Made by a program: the position numbers and the translations under genes. Below are positions 28,766 through 38,926 of a DNA stretch of 64,000 bases, piece after piece. Numbering within the stretch: the stretch's first letter is position 1; every line of letters begins with the position of its first letter. Source of the stretch: a virus. Under the pieces are notes generated by a model. It was given only the letters and a program-made list of their open reading frames with translations. It made no database searches and was not told the origin of the DNA. The DNA lies in the IMG/VR virus record IMGVR_UViG_3300028536_000001, positions 40,874 through 104,873 of that record. The stretch is one strand, 5' to 3'.

Positions 28766-30373
28766 TTAACCAGGAATTATAGGTTCGCCTTCACTTGTAG
28801 TTCCACCGGATTGTTGACCTTCTTGAATAATTTGTTGGGCAGTCGGTTTAGGCTGTTGTGCCTTCGCTCCGGGATTTGCTTTAATAAAGTCATCAAGTTT
28901 AGATTGAGGAATACGGCCTGTTTTACCGTTCGACAGTGTAACGACTACTTGAGGTTCATTTGGGTTTGGTGCGACACCGGCTTGAGTAGGAGGAGCAAAA
29001 ATAGAAGCGGTTATGCGGCCAATATTACTGATTTGACCTAGATATTCTTTGGCTAAATCTGTTTCCCCTGCCGCAATCGCGTTCTTGGCTGCTTCGTTAT
29101 ACTGTTGAAGAAGTTTAGGTGCCGATTCACTGATAATCAGACGAGAAGATGGCTTAATTTTAGTTATATCTCCCGTTGTGTTTAGTTCCTGCATTGCCGA
29201 GTTAAACTGTTCGTCTTTCTTTTTACCAAGAGCCGCTTCTGAGATTTCGGCGTGCGTTTTCGCCGCATCTGCATAGGCTTTTGCTGCGTCTGCCGCTCTT
29301 AACTGGACTTGGGATTTTACATCCGCGATATCGGCAGTTAGTTTCTGTTTCGATAGGTTACGTGATATAAGTTCTTCGTTGCGCTGGGTTAGGGCCGCAA
29401 ACTGAGTACCATCGATATCTTTACCTACTTTGAGGTTGTTGAAAAGTTCTGGATGATACTTGTCCATGCCGTTCTTTTTCCAATCATCCAACAAGTTCTT
29501 AGTTACTGTAAACTGTTTTTTACTGGGGTCTTCTGATTTCGGAAAAGCAGACATTATTGATTCATAGCTGACGGTACCATCTGGATGCGTAATAGGTTTT
29601 GTATCAGTAGCTACCCAGTCTAGATCGGTACTTGAACCTTTTCTATTAGCTACGAAATCAGGAACTTCTGATTCGGGAATCTCTGTGATAGGTTTAATAC
29701 CCGCATTCAGATATACGTTAGCTTTTACTTTTCCAGCATTAGCAACCTCTTGGTGGTAACCAAAATCAGATCCCCTTAGCTCTTGTTGTAGTTTCAAAGT
29801 CTGCAAATTGCTATTAGCCATTTGAGCTTTAAACATAACTTGTTGATTCTGAAAATTCTGAACTTGCCGTCCTTCTTCGCTTTGTTCGCGTTGATTTTTC
29901 TGCGCAGTCAACTCGTTCTGATATTCCTGCTGTGCCCTCTGGACACGTTCCTGGTCCAATTGCTTGTCACGGTCAATGACCGCAGTTCCGCCCTTCATTG
30001 CAGATGCCAGACCAGATCCTGCTGTGCGGGTGTTAGCGTTATCCGCTCCTGCTGCTCCACCTACTAAGGCGGCAGCCACGATGTTCTTGAAGAACTGCCC
30101 TGGAGTGTTCTGGGATTGCGTAGCTATCGTTCGCCCGGTAGTAGGATCGACCTGGTACTGAGTGTTCTGCCCAGATAGCACTTTAAAGGCACGGCCTATC
30201 ATCGAATCGTGTGCGGCGGTTGCCTGTTCTGGAGTTGGTTGCACGGGTTGAGGTTGAGCGTTCTGTTGCACCACAGGTGCTTGCTGCATCGGCTGCGGAG
30301 GAAGGGTAGCCTGTGCCTGCGGTTGATCCGGATCGGGTAGTTGGCCGTTAGGCGTTGCCATCGGATTGTCCAT
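28766..30373 (-). CDS. probable internal virion/ejection protein
   Basis: Q/P-rich N-terminus, GG/AA-rich hydrophobic patch, coiled coils; position upstream of the large ejection protein. Confidence 0.6.
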   Translation of the reverse strand: MDNPMATPNGQLPDPDQPQAQATLPPQPMQQAPVVQQNAQPQPVQPTPEQATAAHDSMIGRAFKVLSGQNTQYQVDPTTGRTIATQSQNTPGQFFKNIVAAALVGGAAGADNANTRTAGSGLASAMKGGTAVIDRDKQLDQERVQRAQQEYQNELTAQKNQREQSEEGRQVQNFQNQQVMFKAQMANSNLQTLKLQQELRGSDFGYHQEVANAGKVKANVYLNAGIKPITEIPESEVPDFVANRKGSSTDLDWVATDTKPITHPDGTVSYESIMSAFPKSEDPSKKQFTVTKNLLDDWKKNGMDKYHPELFNNLKVGKDIDGTQFAALTQRNEELISRNLSKQKLTADIADVKSQVQLRAADAAKAYADAAKTHAEISEAALGKKKDEQFNSAMQELNTTGDITKIKPSSRLIISESAPKLLQQYNEAAKNAIAAGETDLAKEYLGQISNIGRITASIFAPPTQAGVAPNPNEPQVVVTLSNGKTGRIPQSKLDDFIKANPGAKAQQPKPTAQQIIQEGQQSGGTTSEGEPIIPG

Positions 30374-30779
30374 TTTTTACCTCCTCTATAAAGTACGAAA
30401 GTCTAGTATCGCGAGTAATTGAATCATCCTGAAGGGCGTAGCGTAAAAATTTCACTACTATATCCACGTCGTGTAAATCTTTTATACCGTAGACACCTAG
30501 AAGATTACGGATACCATCTGTAGGTTTCAAACCCGCTCTACTCTGGCCGCGTACTTTCAGTTCCATGTCATACACAGAAGCTTTGTAGCCAGAAAGTAGC
30601 GACGGAAATACACGGCGGCCCTCGGGGTCGAGTACGTGTTTGCCGGGTTTGGCGAAGGATTTAATTAGCAGGGGAGAGCGAATCTGGTAGGCTAGGGAGC
30701 TGGGCACGTGTATATGATGTAGGGATCCTATCGAGTCAACCAGCGCCTCGATCTTAAGTTCTTTACTTTTCATTGTCAT
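30348..30779 (-). CDS. virion-module hypothetical protein
   Basis: ORF track, coupled to neighbours. Confidence 0.6.
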   Translation of the reverse strand: MTMKSKELKIEALVDSIGSLHHIHVPSSLAYQIRSPLLIKSFAKPGKHVLDPEGRRVFPSLLSGYKASVYDMELKVRGQSRAGLKPTDGIRNLLGVYGIKDLHDVDIVVKFLRYALQDDSITRDTRLSYFIEEVKNGQSDGNA

Positions 30780-30797
30780 TTTCTATTTCTCAGAAAT

Positions 30798-31598
30798 TTA
30801 TCCACCGTAGAAGCTACCGCCCCACGCTGGATTTGCGGAGGTGGCCCCGCTTTTATTAACTGCGCCGAAAGCCGAGCTTATTCCAGGTACGGTAATATTC
30901 GCTAACGTAGGAACTACGCCGCCAAGGATTCCGCCCACTACATTCCAAGGGCTGGATGCGTTGTTCATCGTTTGAACTTGCTGAGCGGTATTTGCTGCGG
31001 TAGATCCTGCGGTATTTGCTGCGGAGGCGTAGGCTGTAGGATTCTCCAGGGAAGCAACTCCAGTCAAACCGCTGACTGCATTGTTAAAATTCTGGCGTCC
31101 AGCTTCATAACCAGCGGTCTTGATTCCGAGCAGTTGACTAGAGGTTTGTTGCGCGGCACTCTGTGCGATTCCAGCTTGAGTTTGCGCAGCGGCACTGGAA
31201 GGAAGTACTGCGTTTCCTCCCCCGACTGCGGATGCAGCCTGACCTGCGGCTTGTGCGGCATTTCTATACTGCGTGGCGGTTCCTGTAGTGGCTTGCGTGT
31301 TTAGCGCGTTGGTTTCCGAAGGAGAATATCCGTATTGGTTCACCCCACCTTGAAGAATTGGAGTCAAGGCAGAAGTAAGCGAACTGATGATATTTTGCTG
31401 ACCAGAAAATGCAGTCCCAAAATCCTTCTGAAGAGTGTTCATGAAGTCTTGTTGAGATTGGGATATATCTGTTAACTGGGAACCTGCGCCCTTGCAGTAG
31501 GCTATGTTGCCTGTCCATTTTCTGGACAAGTCTTCGATCAGGATATAGCAGCCAAGACGGTCGTTCCAATTGTATACAACTTTAGTACTAATCTTCAT
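30798..31598 (-). CDS. probable small ejection (pilot) protein
   Basis: MKISTKVVY...YCKG processing-like N-terminus; A/G/Q-rich; C-terminal GGILGG. Confidence 0.6.
   Translation of the reverse strand: MKISTKVVYNWNDRLGCYILIEDLSRKWTGNIAYCKGAGSQLTDISQSQQDFMNTLQKDFGTAFSGQQNIISSLTSALTPILQGGVNQYGYSPSETNALNTQATTGTATQYRNAAQAAGQAASAVGGGNAVLPSSAAAQTQAGIAQSAAQQTSSQLLGIKTAGYEAGRQNFNNAVSGLTGVASLENPTAYASAANTAGSTAANTAQQVQTMNNASSPWNVVGGILGGVVPTLANITVPGISSAFGAVNKSGATSANPAWGGSFYGG
31512..31528 (-). repeat. 17-bp dispersed motif (exact)
   Basis: Reverse complement TGTCCAGAAAATGGACA. Confidence 0.85.
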
Positions 31599-32031
31599 GT
31601 TTACTCAAGTCCGACATGCGTAACCGATATATCGGCATATCAAGTTTTTCAAATAAAGTATTCTCGGCGAATCGGTTTGTGTCCTCATTTGAGCCGAGAA
31701 AATACATTTCTCCCGTTCCCTTCATGTAGCCGATTGTCACGCAGGCTTGTATCAATTCTTTCAGTGCAGAAGCTATTTCAACGCTGGTTGAATCGGGACG
31801 AACTGCTAAAGACTCCAGCATCATAGGCTCTATAAACATTGGCTGCTGCACAGGCAAATAGGCCAACGGACCCTTAGTATCAAATGCGCACAAAGTAAAG
31901 CTGTCCAGGTACTGTCCTGCTTCGGGGTCGAATGCGTTACCCTGGTTGGCAACGGACCACTTGATAAAATCAGGTACATCTTCCGCTGTCGCGGGGCGTA
32001 CAAAAATTGGTTGGCGATTTCTTTTAGACAT
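31588..32031 (-). CDS. GNAT-fold-like virion assembly protein
   Basis: VRPATAEDVP N-terminus typical of acetyltransferase-fold proteins preceding ejection genes. Confidence 0.5.
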   Translation of the reverse strand: MSKRNRQPIFVRPATAEDVPDFIKWSVANQGNAFDPEAGQYLDSFTLCAFDTKGPLAYLPVQQPMFIEPMMLESLAVRPDSTSVEIASALKELIQACVTIGYMKGTGEMYFLGSNEDTNRFAENTLFEKLDMPIYRLRMSDLSKHED

Positions 32032-32306
32032 TATTTCTTTGTGGCGATAATAAGTAGGTCTTGACGAAGACCTGAGATGGCATCAGTCATCTGATCGAAA
32101 CCACTTGGTATGGCTTCATTCAATTTTTCAAGTTCAGCTTGAAGGTGCGGAATATGATTTGTAGCTAAGAGCTGAACGGTAGTCTCTGTATTTTCCAGAC
32201 GCTTTTTAAAGTCGAAGAATCGGCCTGATATTTTCCAGGTAAGCACGATAAGGGAAGGCCAGCCGAATAACTGGATGTGGTCAGAGACCCATACTAAAAA
32301 ATTCAT
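32031..32306 (-). CDS. single-TM coiled-coil protein
   Basis: LFGWPSLIVLTW then heptad region. Confidence 0.55.
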   Translation of the reverse strand: MNFLVWVSDHIQLFGWPSLIVLTWKISGRFFDFKKRLENTETTVQLLATNHIPHLQAELEKLNEAIPSGFDQMTDAISGLRQDLLIIATKK

Positions 32307-32343
32307 GTGTTGACAACTTATGAGAGATGAGCAAAGTCAGGCG

Positions 32344-32688
32344 CTACGGGTTTGTACTTGTCAGCGTGCCGAGGTCTACGGGACTGGTTGCGGAGATAAT
32401 CCAATACTGCGGAGAAGCCCACACCTTAAGTCCTTTGTTGTTATAGGCTTCTACTGTGTAGTAACTAGAAGCAGGAGAGAGGTTGGAATTAGCCCACAGA
32501 TATTGCGTTCCGGCTACGTTTCCATTGTTATCGAGAAAAATTTTAGTGCGGATTCCAGCAGTTATCTGTGCGTACGGAGAAACCGCGTAGGTAGAATCAT
32601 GAGATAGCGTGCAGACCAGCCAACCCTGACTAAGCGGGTGACCTTCATTATCTTGGAAAATTCCGTTTGTAATCTGTGTAAGGGGCAT
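32344..32688 (-). CDS. tail fibre-associated beta-sandwich protein
   Basis: FQDNEGHPLS.G...LDNNGNV...LW.N..LSP..SYYTV. Confidence 0.6.
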   Translation of the reverse strand: MPLTQITNGIFQDNEGHPLSQGWLVCTLSHDSTYAVSPYAQITAGIRTKIFLDNNGNVAGTQYLWANSNLSPASSYYTVEAYNNKGLKVWASPQYWIISATSPVDLGTLTSTNP

Positions 32689-32689
32689 A

Positions 32690-33400
32690 TTATATATTGT
32701 AAAGAGGTAATTTGTACGCTGTCCCGTTAATGCTTAGTTGAAGGAATGCTGCTGGGTTAGCGGGAAGAGTTTGTGCTCCCGCAGTTGCTGTGGTTGCTGT
32801 AGTTGCTGCGGTCAAAATAATATCGGTAACGGTCTGGTTCGCTGTAAATACATTTGCTACGTTGTCGTACGCGATGTTTGCAGTATCACTTAATTCAGTT
32901 GAGGCCAAAGTACGAAAAGTAGGTGCTGCGGGACTGCCTGTAGTCGGTCCTGCGAAAACTGTATGAACCGTTTCGTTTGCTTTGGTAACTGTAAAAGTTC
33001 CGTTAGTTGTAATCGGAGACCCAGTTACTGTAAACTCGGATGGCATCGTAAGTGCGACTGATGTTACCGTTCCCGTTCCAACAGGTAAGTCAGCGGTGAC
33101 AAGTGCTCTAAAGGTAGGAGTAACTGCTGCGCCTGTAGTCGGTCCCGCGAATATTGTGTTGGCTGACTGGGTTGCCAAGCTTAAAGCTAAAGTGCCTGAA
33201 GTTGTTATAGGTGATCCAGCAACCGTAAAGATTGATGGTGCGGTCAGGGCAACACTGGTGACTGCGGTCTGGAATGTAGCGTCTTCTCTTAGAAAATGCG
33301 TAGTTCCCGCCGAGGCACCAGGGTCAGGAACATCGCCAGACGCGTGATTCGGTCCAGATGCACCCATTTGCGTGTTTGCATTAACTACTTTGATTGCCAT
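32690..33400 (-). CDS. tail fibre-like protein with two internal repeats
   Basis: Duplicated VTSVALTxPSxFTVxGSPITTxGT...FAGPTTG...PTFR. Confidence 0.65.
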   Translation of the reverse strand: MAIKVVNANTQMGASGPNHASGDVPDPGASAGTTHFLREDATFQTAVTSVALTAPSIFTVAGSPITTSGTLALSLATQSANTIFAGPTTGAAVTPTFRALVTADLPVGTGTVTSVALTMPSEFTVTGSPITTNGTFTVTKANETVHTVFAGPTTGSPAAPTFRTLASTELSDTANIAYDNVANVFTANQTVTDIILTAATTATTATAGAQTLPANPAAFLQLSINGTAYKLPLYNI

Positions 33401-33602
33401 AGATTTCTATCGCTGGTTTTGGAGAAGCGTTATCCGGTTTAACCCAAACCCATTCGTATCCTTCCCCGATAGGCTGTATTACACCAAAGTCGTCTAATTT
33501 ACTATGTAAAGCATCATCAATGTATGAATCATTTATTTTTGATTCATTATACTTAGCACACAGAAGTTTTCCTCTTCCGTGATTTCTCCAGCGTAAAGCC
33601 AC

Positions 33603-34415
33603 TTAAAACACCACGCTTACTAACTGACCTGTTGGCGGTGCAACAGAAAAGTCCATTTTCCAGACACCTGAATATAGATTGAGAGTATAGTCGGCCAAAG
33701 GAGATACAAAAGATCGATTCACGTATACATCTACATACAAACTTGTTGGAGTTCCGCCTGTCAATAGAAATTGGGTAGTAGCTGAATTTGATATCGGGGT
33801 AACATTGTAGTTTTCCCGAGTTAAGAAGACAGTGTTGTCGTACACAGCAAAAACTACAGAATTTACTCCAGGAGCAACTACAAAAATAACATGCCATACT
33901 CCCGCTATATAGTTCAGCGCGTAATCAATAGTAGGAATCTGATACACACCATCTATGTAAACATCTATATAAGCCGCTTGAGGAACGCGAGTAGGAAAAC
34001 TAAAAGTAGTTGCAACACCAGTTGCAGGGTTTGGAGTTAGGTAAAACATTGACCTAGCATCATTGACCGCATACACAACCCATATTGCCTGTCCGGTTAA
34101 CGGAGGAGTTACAAAAGTAATTACCGTACCAGATACGGTATAATGTATGTTGGGTTGTTGAAGAATTCCCGCTACGTATACATCTACATAAAGGGGTAGA
34201 GGTTGTAGCGGGTTTACAACTGTAAACTGCGCAGCAACTCCGTTGGCCGCAGGTGAAACCGCATAGCAGTTTCGGTTGCCTGTGGAGGATGTTACTGCTG
34301 AAGCTATAGTAAGCGATCCACCTAATGTAACAGTTCCGCCGCCAGTAAGTCCGTCTCCAGTATTGATAGTAATTCCGCTGTTTGACGAAATTGGATTGGG
34401 AAATAGCTGGGGCAT
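33603..34415 (-). CDS. virion protein with three YxDVY(V/I)xG...DY repeats
   Basis: Three homologous units visible in the translation. Confidence 0.65.
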   Translation of the reverse strand: MPQLFPNPISSNSGITINTGDGLTGGGTVTLGGSLTIASAVTSSTGNRNCYAVSPAANGVAAQFTVVNPLQPLPLYVDVYVAGILQQPNIHYTVSGTVITFVTPPLTGQAIWVVYAVNDARSMFYLTPNPATGVATTFSFPTRVPQAAYIDVYIDGVYQIPTIDYALNYIAGVWHVIFVVAPGVNSVVFAVYDNTVFLTRENYNVTPISNSATTQFLLTGGTPTSLYVDVYVNRSFVSPLADYTLNLYSGVWKMDFSVAPPTGQLVSVVF

Positions 34416-35114
34416 TTAAAGTTCCATACTTACAAAAGTTATCGATACTTGAATCGGATTAGAAGTAGAAACCGGATTACTTACGACCGCGTATACATTG
34501 GTTGTAGCTGGTTCATCAGCGTTGAATCCGATTGCCATTGGTGAAGAGAACCACTGGTATTCAGATGGAATCTGAAGCAGCCAATCACCTACAATTCCAT
34601 TTGGGTTTCCTAAAGCTATTGGAACCGAAACCGGACGACCCGCATCTGCGTTGGCGGCGGCTTGGTTCGTATATAGTCTTATTCTGGCCGCCGCGTTTAC
34701 TGATACGCTTATCACGCCGTAGGTTCTCGCCATGATGAGGGTAGTTTGATAAATGCCGCCAGGATTCAAGGTAGGAGTAGTAATCGATGAAGTAAAAACT
34801 CTACCTAAAGCAGAAGTAGGGGTTGTTCCTCCTCCGCCAGAAGTTCCTCCCGACGAACTACTGCTTCCCTGTACAATGGTCGTCGTGGAGGTGTTGCCTG
34901 TAGTTAAGGAACCATACGGCAGGGCGGCGCTGATAACCTGTGCTCGAAACTGAGGAACAGCGCCCTTGTTATAGAACTGTCTCAGGTTGTCTACCGGACC
35001 CAAACCTACAGGAGGAATAGGGCAGCGTAGTACTGGACTCTTTTTATCCTGATAGCTTTGTGAATCTTCTTGATTAATTAGAGGCATGGCTACTCCGAAG
35101 AAAAACCGCCCCAA
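34416..35114 (-). CDS. putative tail structural protein
   Basis: S/T/G-rich linker plus beta-rich C-terminal domain. Confidence 0.55.
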   Translation of the reverse strand: MGRFFFGVAMPLINQEDSQSYQDKKSPVLRCPIPPVGLGPVDNLRQFYNKGAVPQFRAQVISAALPYGSLTTGNTSTTTIVQGSSSSSGGTSGGGGTTPTSALGRVFTSSITTPTLNPGGIYQTTLIMARTYGVISVSVNAAARIRLYTNQAAANADAGRPVSVPIALGNPNGIVGDWLLQIPSEYQWFSSPMAIGFNADEPATTNVYAVVSNPVSTSNPIQVSITFVSMEL

Positions 35115-38100
35115 AGGGTAGAGCTAAGCAATTCATTCTGAACGGCTTCTGCTTCCCACTGCACCTTAATCTGAAGATGACGGCACAACGCAGGTTCGTC
35201 AGTCTGTGAGAAATAGAACCTCTGCGCATACAGAGAAGTACTATTGCGGTCAAGTTGTGTGGGGTCTACTACCCAGCGATTAAGCGGATCAAACACGCCT
35301 TCAATTTCGTCGCGAAGAATTCCGAGGGTTAGCGGTTTTCCTGTGCGGATAGAATCGGTAGTGATAAACCCTAGCTGCGCGAGTTGACCAGGTTGGGCCA
35401 GCACGATGGAGCCGATGGTGAAGAAAGCGGGATAGATCGATCCGTTATCACTAAATACGCTTAGGTTGCGGTAGAGAATAGGACCGGTGCCGGAAGGACC
35501 TACTAATAGACGATGCACGCCGGGAACAGTCTCCACTGACAGCACGGTTTTGCAGCCAGCGGCAATCGTAGCTTTAGGGCACCACGTTTCTCCGCTCTCA
35601 GGGCTTGGGGTTGGAATCATCCTAAACCAAGAACCAACTCCATCGGCTACGTAGATAGCTTTGTCTCTCGAACCGGAGACGTGCCAGGTTAGGTACGCGG
35701 AGGAAGGAGACCAAGGGGCTTGTTCAAACTGATCACCGATTGGAAAACCGATTTCAGCCACACCAGAGGACGGTTCCAAGGAGACAATCTGGCTGTCAGA
35801 GGTAAAGAAGTATATAACACTTCCATTGATACTAAGTGCATTATACGACAAAAGACCTATTCCTGTCAAGTAGGGGACAGGAGTTAAAGGACTTGATGAG
35901 GTTCCAGACCCGTAAATCAGGTATATATCAGATACTGTAAATACCAGCAATCCAAAGCTGACCGGTACCAAACACTTAACCAACGACGGGAAAATAGCAT
36001 AGTTGGCCGGAGAAAACCCGTTTATACCATTTCCAACTGGGGTGTCTGGACCCGTGCTCCAATAAACCGTATTTCCTACGCTGCCAAAGATACGGCTTAA
36101 GTGGTAGGTTAAGTTGATGATTCCTTTAGGCGGAAGAGCATTTTCCTGGTTCGCGGGAGCTTGGATGAAGGTATTTAACTCCTGATCAGGAGTGTTATCT
36201 GTATAGCCGTTGGCTTCGTACTCAGAAAGCAGAACCGTATACTGAGTGTTTCCGTCTCCGGGGATCAGATAATAAGTTGCTCCGCCATCCTGCGTGCGGA
36301 AAATTGCAACATAGTCTACCTGTGGGTCAATAACTGTCGGCAAACCACCTGATATATGAACACCAGTTCCAGCAAAGAAGTTTCCTGTGGAAACCGAGAC
36401 TGGACCCACGTCCGATACTGTATTATCCAGAGTGTTGACTAGAGCAATGTAATATTTCCATCCACCATTGAAGGTAGAGATGGTGTTCGCAGGAGCGGAG
36501 GAAGCAGGACCTTGGTTAATCCAAGTTAGATTGGGGTTATCTAGGGTCAGAGCGTTGATCGTAGTAGCGAAAGTAGGAATGGTTGTTCCCGATACGCCGG
36601 TACGGTACGGTGCTTCTTTGTTTGAGTTCGGATCTACGATGCTGGTTGTTGTTGTGTAGTTCGTAGCCGCATGCCAAACAAAGTCTGACGCTGGACCCAC
36701 ATTCCACCAAGTCAAGTTTCCCGAAGATTCAGTTACCGAAGGATAGGATGGAGCAAAGGATGTTGTCCAAGCGGGCCAAATAGGTTGAGTTGATCCGCTC
36801 TCCGCAGGCTCTGGTACGATATTATTAGTGTTGCAGGTCATCTGGAAAGTCTGACCGCTGTGAAACCAATAATCGTAGTTTATCTCTACTGGGTAAGTTC
36901 CTGCTGTCGGGAAATAAATAACTGCGGTATCAGTATTTGAACCAGATACGTTATTTGCAGTCAGGATAGGATATCCCAAAACGAAAGTCTGAGTTTGTCC
37001 AAAGGAGTTGTTATTCGGACCAGAAATCAGTGTTGGGGTATTACCTGATGATACCGATGCAAAAGCAGTTGGACTGGTTTCTGCGATTGGACCATAGTCT
37101 GCGTGGCCGATGGTCGCGGTAAACTGATTTCCACTGATGGATGTTACGGTAACACTTAACGTATTCAGGAATGTAGCATTTGTCAGTCCCGAAAAAGTAA
37201 CGCTAACTCCAACATTCAGAATGTTTGTTAGAGTTTCATTTGATGTTATCGTAAGTACATTTGATGTGATTTGAACATCGGTAACTAATACATTTAGTAC
37301 GCCCGCTCCAATGCCCCAGAACATACCGTCTTGGTGAACGATGGTGAAGGTGTACTGACCTGCCGCTGGGATTACAAATCCAGTTTGAAGAGAAAGCTGA
37401 TAATCAGATGGAAACCCAGGAAAAGGTACTGTTGATCCTGTGATTTCTCCTGCGCCATTTAGAGTGGCCCACGCTACTGGCCGCTGATCTCCGATAGTAG
37501 GAGGATTGAACAACAGACTGTTTCCAGTAGCGGATGCTAAAGCTGAACCTACTGAAGTAGGATAAACATTTGTTACCGCTCCGACTGGACCTGTATGCGG
37601 AGAAGCCCATAGGTAAGCCTGAACTGCGCTCGAAAGTTGAACTCCTGTGAAATTCTGTAACTCAAATAGACAAGGGGTTCCAGAAGCAGCTTCTACAAGA
37701 AAATGACCTGGAGTATACGCGGTATGAGCGTTCCAACTCAAGGATGCAGAAGTCTGGACCATTGTCCAAGTTACAGTGTTATCTGGAGTGGTGTTTCCTA
37801 CGCTGGTTGCCCACGTCGGGGTAACAGTACCACTTTTGCCGCCAGTGGTAAGCTTCTGAAGATTGCCGTTGGCATCAACTATGACTTGAGGTAGCGAATA
37901 CCAAGTATTTGGCTGCCAAGCTAATGCCGCTCCAGATACGACCAAATCCGGAGCAGAAGTCGGAGGAGCGATCCCCCAGTTTTCAATCTCAACTCCGCGA
38001 TTTCTCCACTGCGCGGTTCCGTCATTTGTGGTGCCAAGTAAAGTAGTATTCCAGGTCGGTTGGACTGGTCCTGTTACCGGAGTTCCGCCGACTAGAACAG

Positions 38101-38920
38101 TTGCTGTTCCTGTATCAGGGCTTGAATAGGTACCCGCGTACGTAAAAGCAGCAGTAAATTGATTTGTAGAAATCGTCAGTACTGTGATCGGAGTTACGTT
38201 TGGATCAAGATTGTTCAGGAACGTGGCGTTTGTCAGTCCTGAAAATACAATTTCGTTTCCTACTTGAATTGTCGCGGGCAGGTTCGCCGAGGATGTAACA
38301 GTAAGAACATTCCCTGTGATCGAAATATTGGTTACAGGAAAAATCGTATTGATAAGTTGCTGAATATTTCCGTTTGGATCAAGAATAAATGTATTCAGGT
38401 TGTACGGGATTAAATCGTATGCAGTATTTGGCTGCCAAGTGAGTAGTGTATTTAACCACTTCTTCTGATCGACGCCGTTCCCAAAGTACAGTGAGTTAGC
38501 CACACTCTGCATGTAGGTCTGACCAGCCCCTGCGGATTTTGTCCACACAATGGACTGCGTGCTAGGACCCGTGCCATCATATAGAGCGTTGGCTTGGTCC
38601 ACCATTACTTTTATTTGTTCTACGTTCTGGTTGAAGAGACGGAACTCGTAAAAGTAGTCAGGCGAAGTCCATGTGGCTGAGTTATAAATCGATAAACCAG
38701 GACGGCGGGCTATAGTTAGACGGGTAGTTATCTCGACGTTTAGACCGTCGATGAGAGTGTCTAATCTGTTGCCGAAGTATAGACTTTCTTGGCGGCTACC
38801 TGCACCTCGCAAAATATTGCGATTGGTGTAAAGGCCCGAAAAAAAATATTCACACCAGAGAGGAGCAAAGCGAGTTGGTTTAGGAGCCTGCGCTCCGTGC
38901 ATCGACAGGGTATTAGGCAT
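35090..38920 (-). CDS. tail tube/nozzle (packaged-DNA stabilisation, P22 gp10-like) protein with large inserted modules
   Basis: N- and C-terminal nozzle-like segments (FFSGLYTNR...RRPG; IGDQF; RHLQIKVQW) flanking repeated W.P.T.Y / G.SG...P.W modules. Confidence 0.6.
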   Translation of the reverse strand: MPNTLSMHGAQAPKPTRFAPLWCEYFFSGLYTNRNILRGAGSRQESLYFGNRLDTLIDGLNVEITTRLTIARRPGLSIYNSATWTSPDYFYEFRLFNQNVEQIKVMVDQANALYDGTGPSTQSIVWTKSAGAGQTYMQSVANSLYFGNGVDQKKWLNTLLTWQPNTAYDLIPYNLNTFILDPNGNIQQLINTIFPVTNISITGNVLTVTSSANLPATIQVGNEIVFSGLTNATFLNNLDPNVTPITVLTISTNQFTAAFTYAGTYSSPDTGTATVLVGGTPVTGPVQPTWNTTLLGTTNDGTAQWRNRGVEIENWGIAPPTSAPDLVVSGAALAWQPNTWYSLPQVIVDANGNLQKLTTGGKSGTVTPTWATSVGNTTPDNTVTWTMVQTSASLSWNAHTAYTPGHFLVEAASGTPCLFELQNFTGVQLSSAVQAYLWASPHTGPVGAVTNVYPTSVGSALASATGNSLLFNPPTIGDQRPVAWATLNGAGEITGSTVPFPGFPSDYQLSLQTGFVIPAAGQYTFTIVHQDGMFWGIGAGVLNVLVTDVQITSNVLTITSNETLTNILNVGVSVTFSGLTNATFLNTLSVTVTSISGNQFTATIGHADYGPIAETSPTAFASVSSGNTPTLISGPNNNSFGQTQTFVLGYPILTANNVSGSNTDTAVIYFPTAGTYPVEINYDYWFHSGQTFQMTCNTNNIVPEPAESGSTQPIWPAWTTSFAPSYPSVTESSGNLTWWNVGPASDFVWHAATNYTTTTSIVDPNSNKEAPYRTGVSGTTIPTFATTINALTLDNPNLTWINQGPASSAPANTISTFNGGWKYYIALVNTLDNTVSDVGPVSVSTGNFFAGTGVHISGGLPTVIDPQVDYVAIFRTQDGGATYYLIPGDGNTQYTVLLSEYEANGYTDNTPDQELNTFIQAPANQENALPPKGIINLTYHLSRIFGSVGNTVYWSTGPDTPVGNGINGFSPANYAIFPSLVKCLVPVSFGLLVFTVSDIYLIYGSGTSSSPLTPVPYLTGIGLLSYNALSINGSVIYFFTSDSQIVSLEPSSGVAEIGFPIGDQFEQAPWSPSSAYLTWHVSGSRDKAIYVADGVGSWFRMIPTPSPESGETWCPKATIAAGCKTVLSVETVPGVHRLLVGPSGTGPILYRNLSVFSDNGSIYPAFFTIGSIVLAQPGQLAQLGFITTDSIRTGKPLTLGILRDEIEGVFDPLNRWVVDPTQLDRNSTSLYAQRFYFSQTDEPALCRHLQIKVQWEAEAVQNELLSSTLWGGFSSE

Positions 38921-38926
38921 TTAAAC

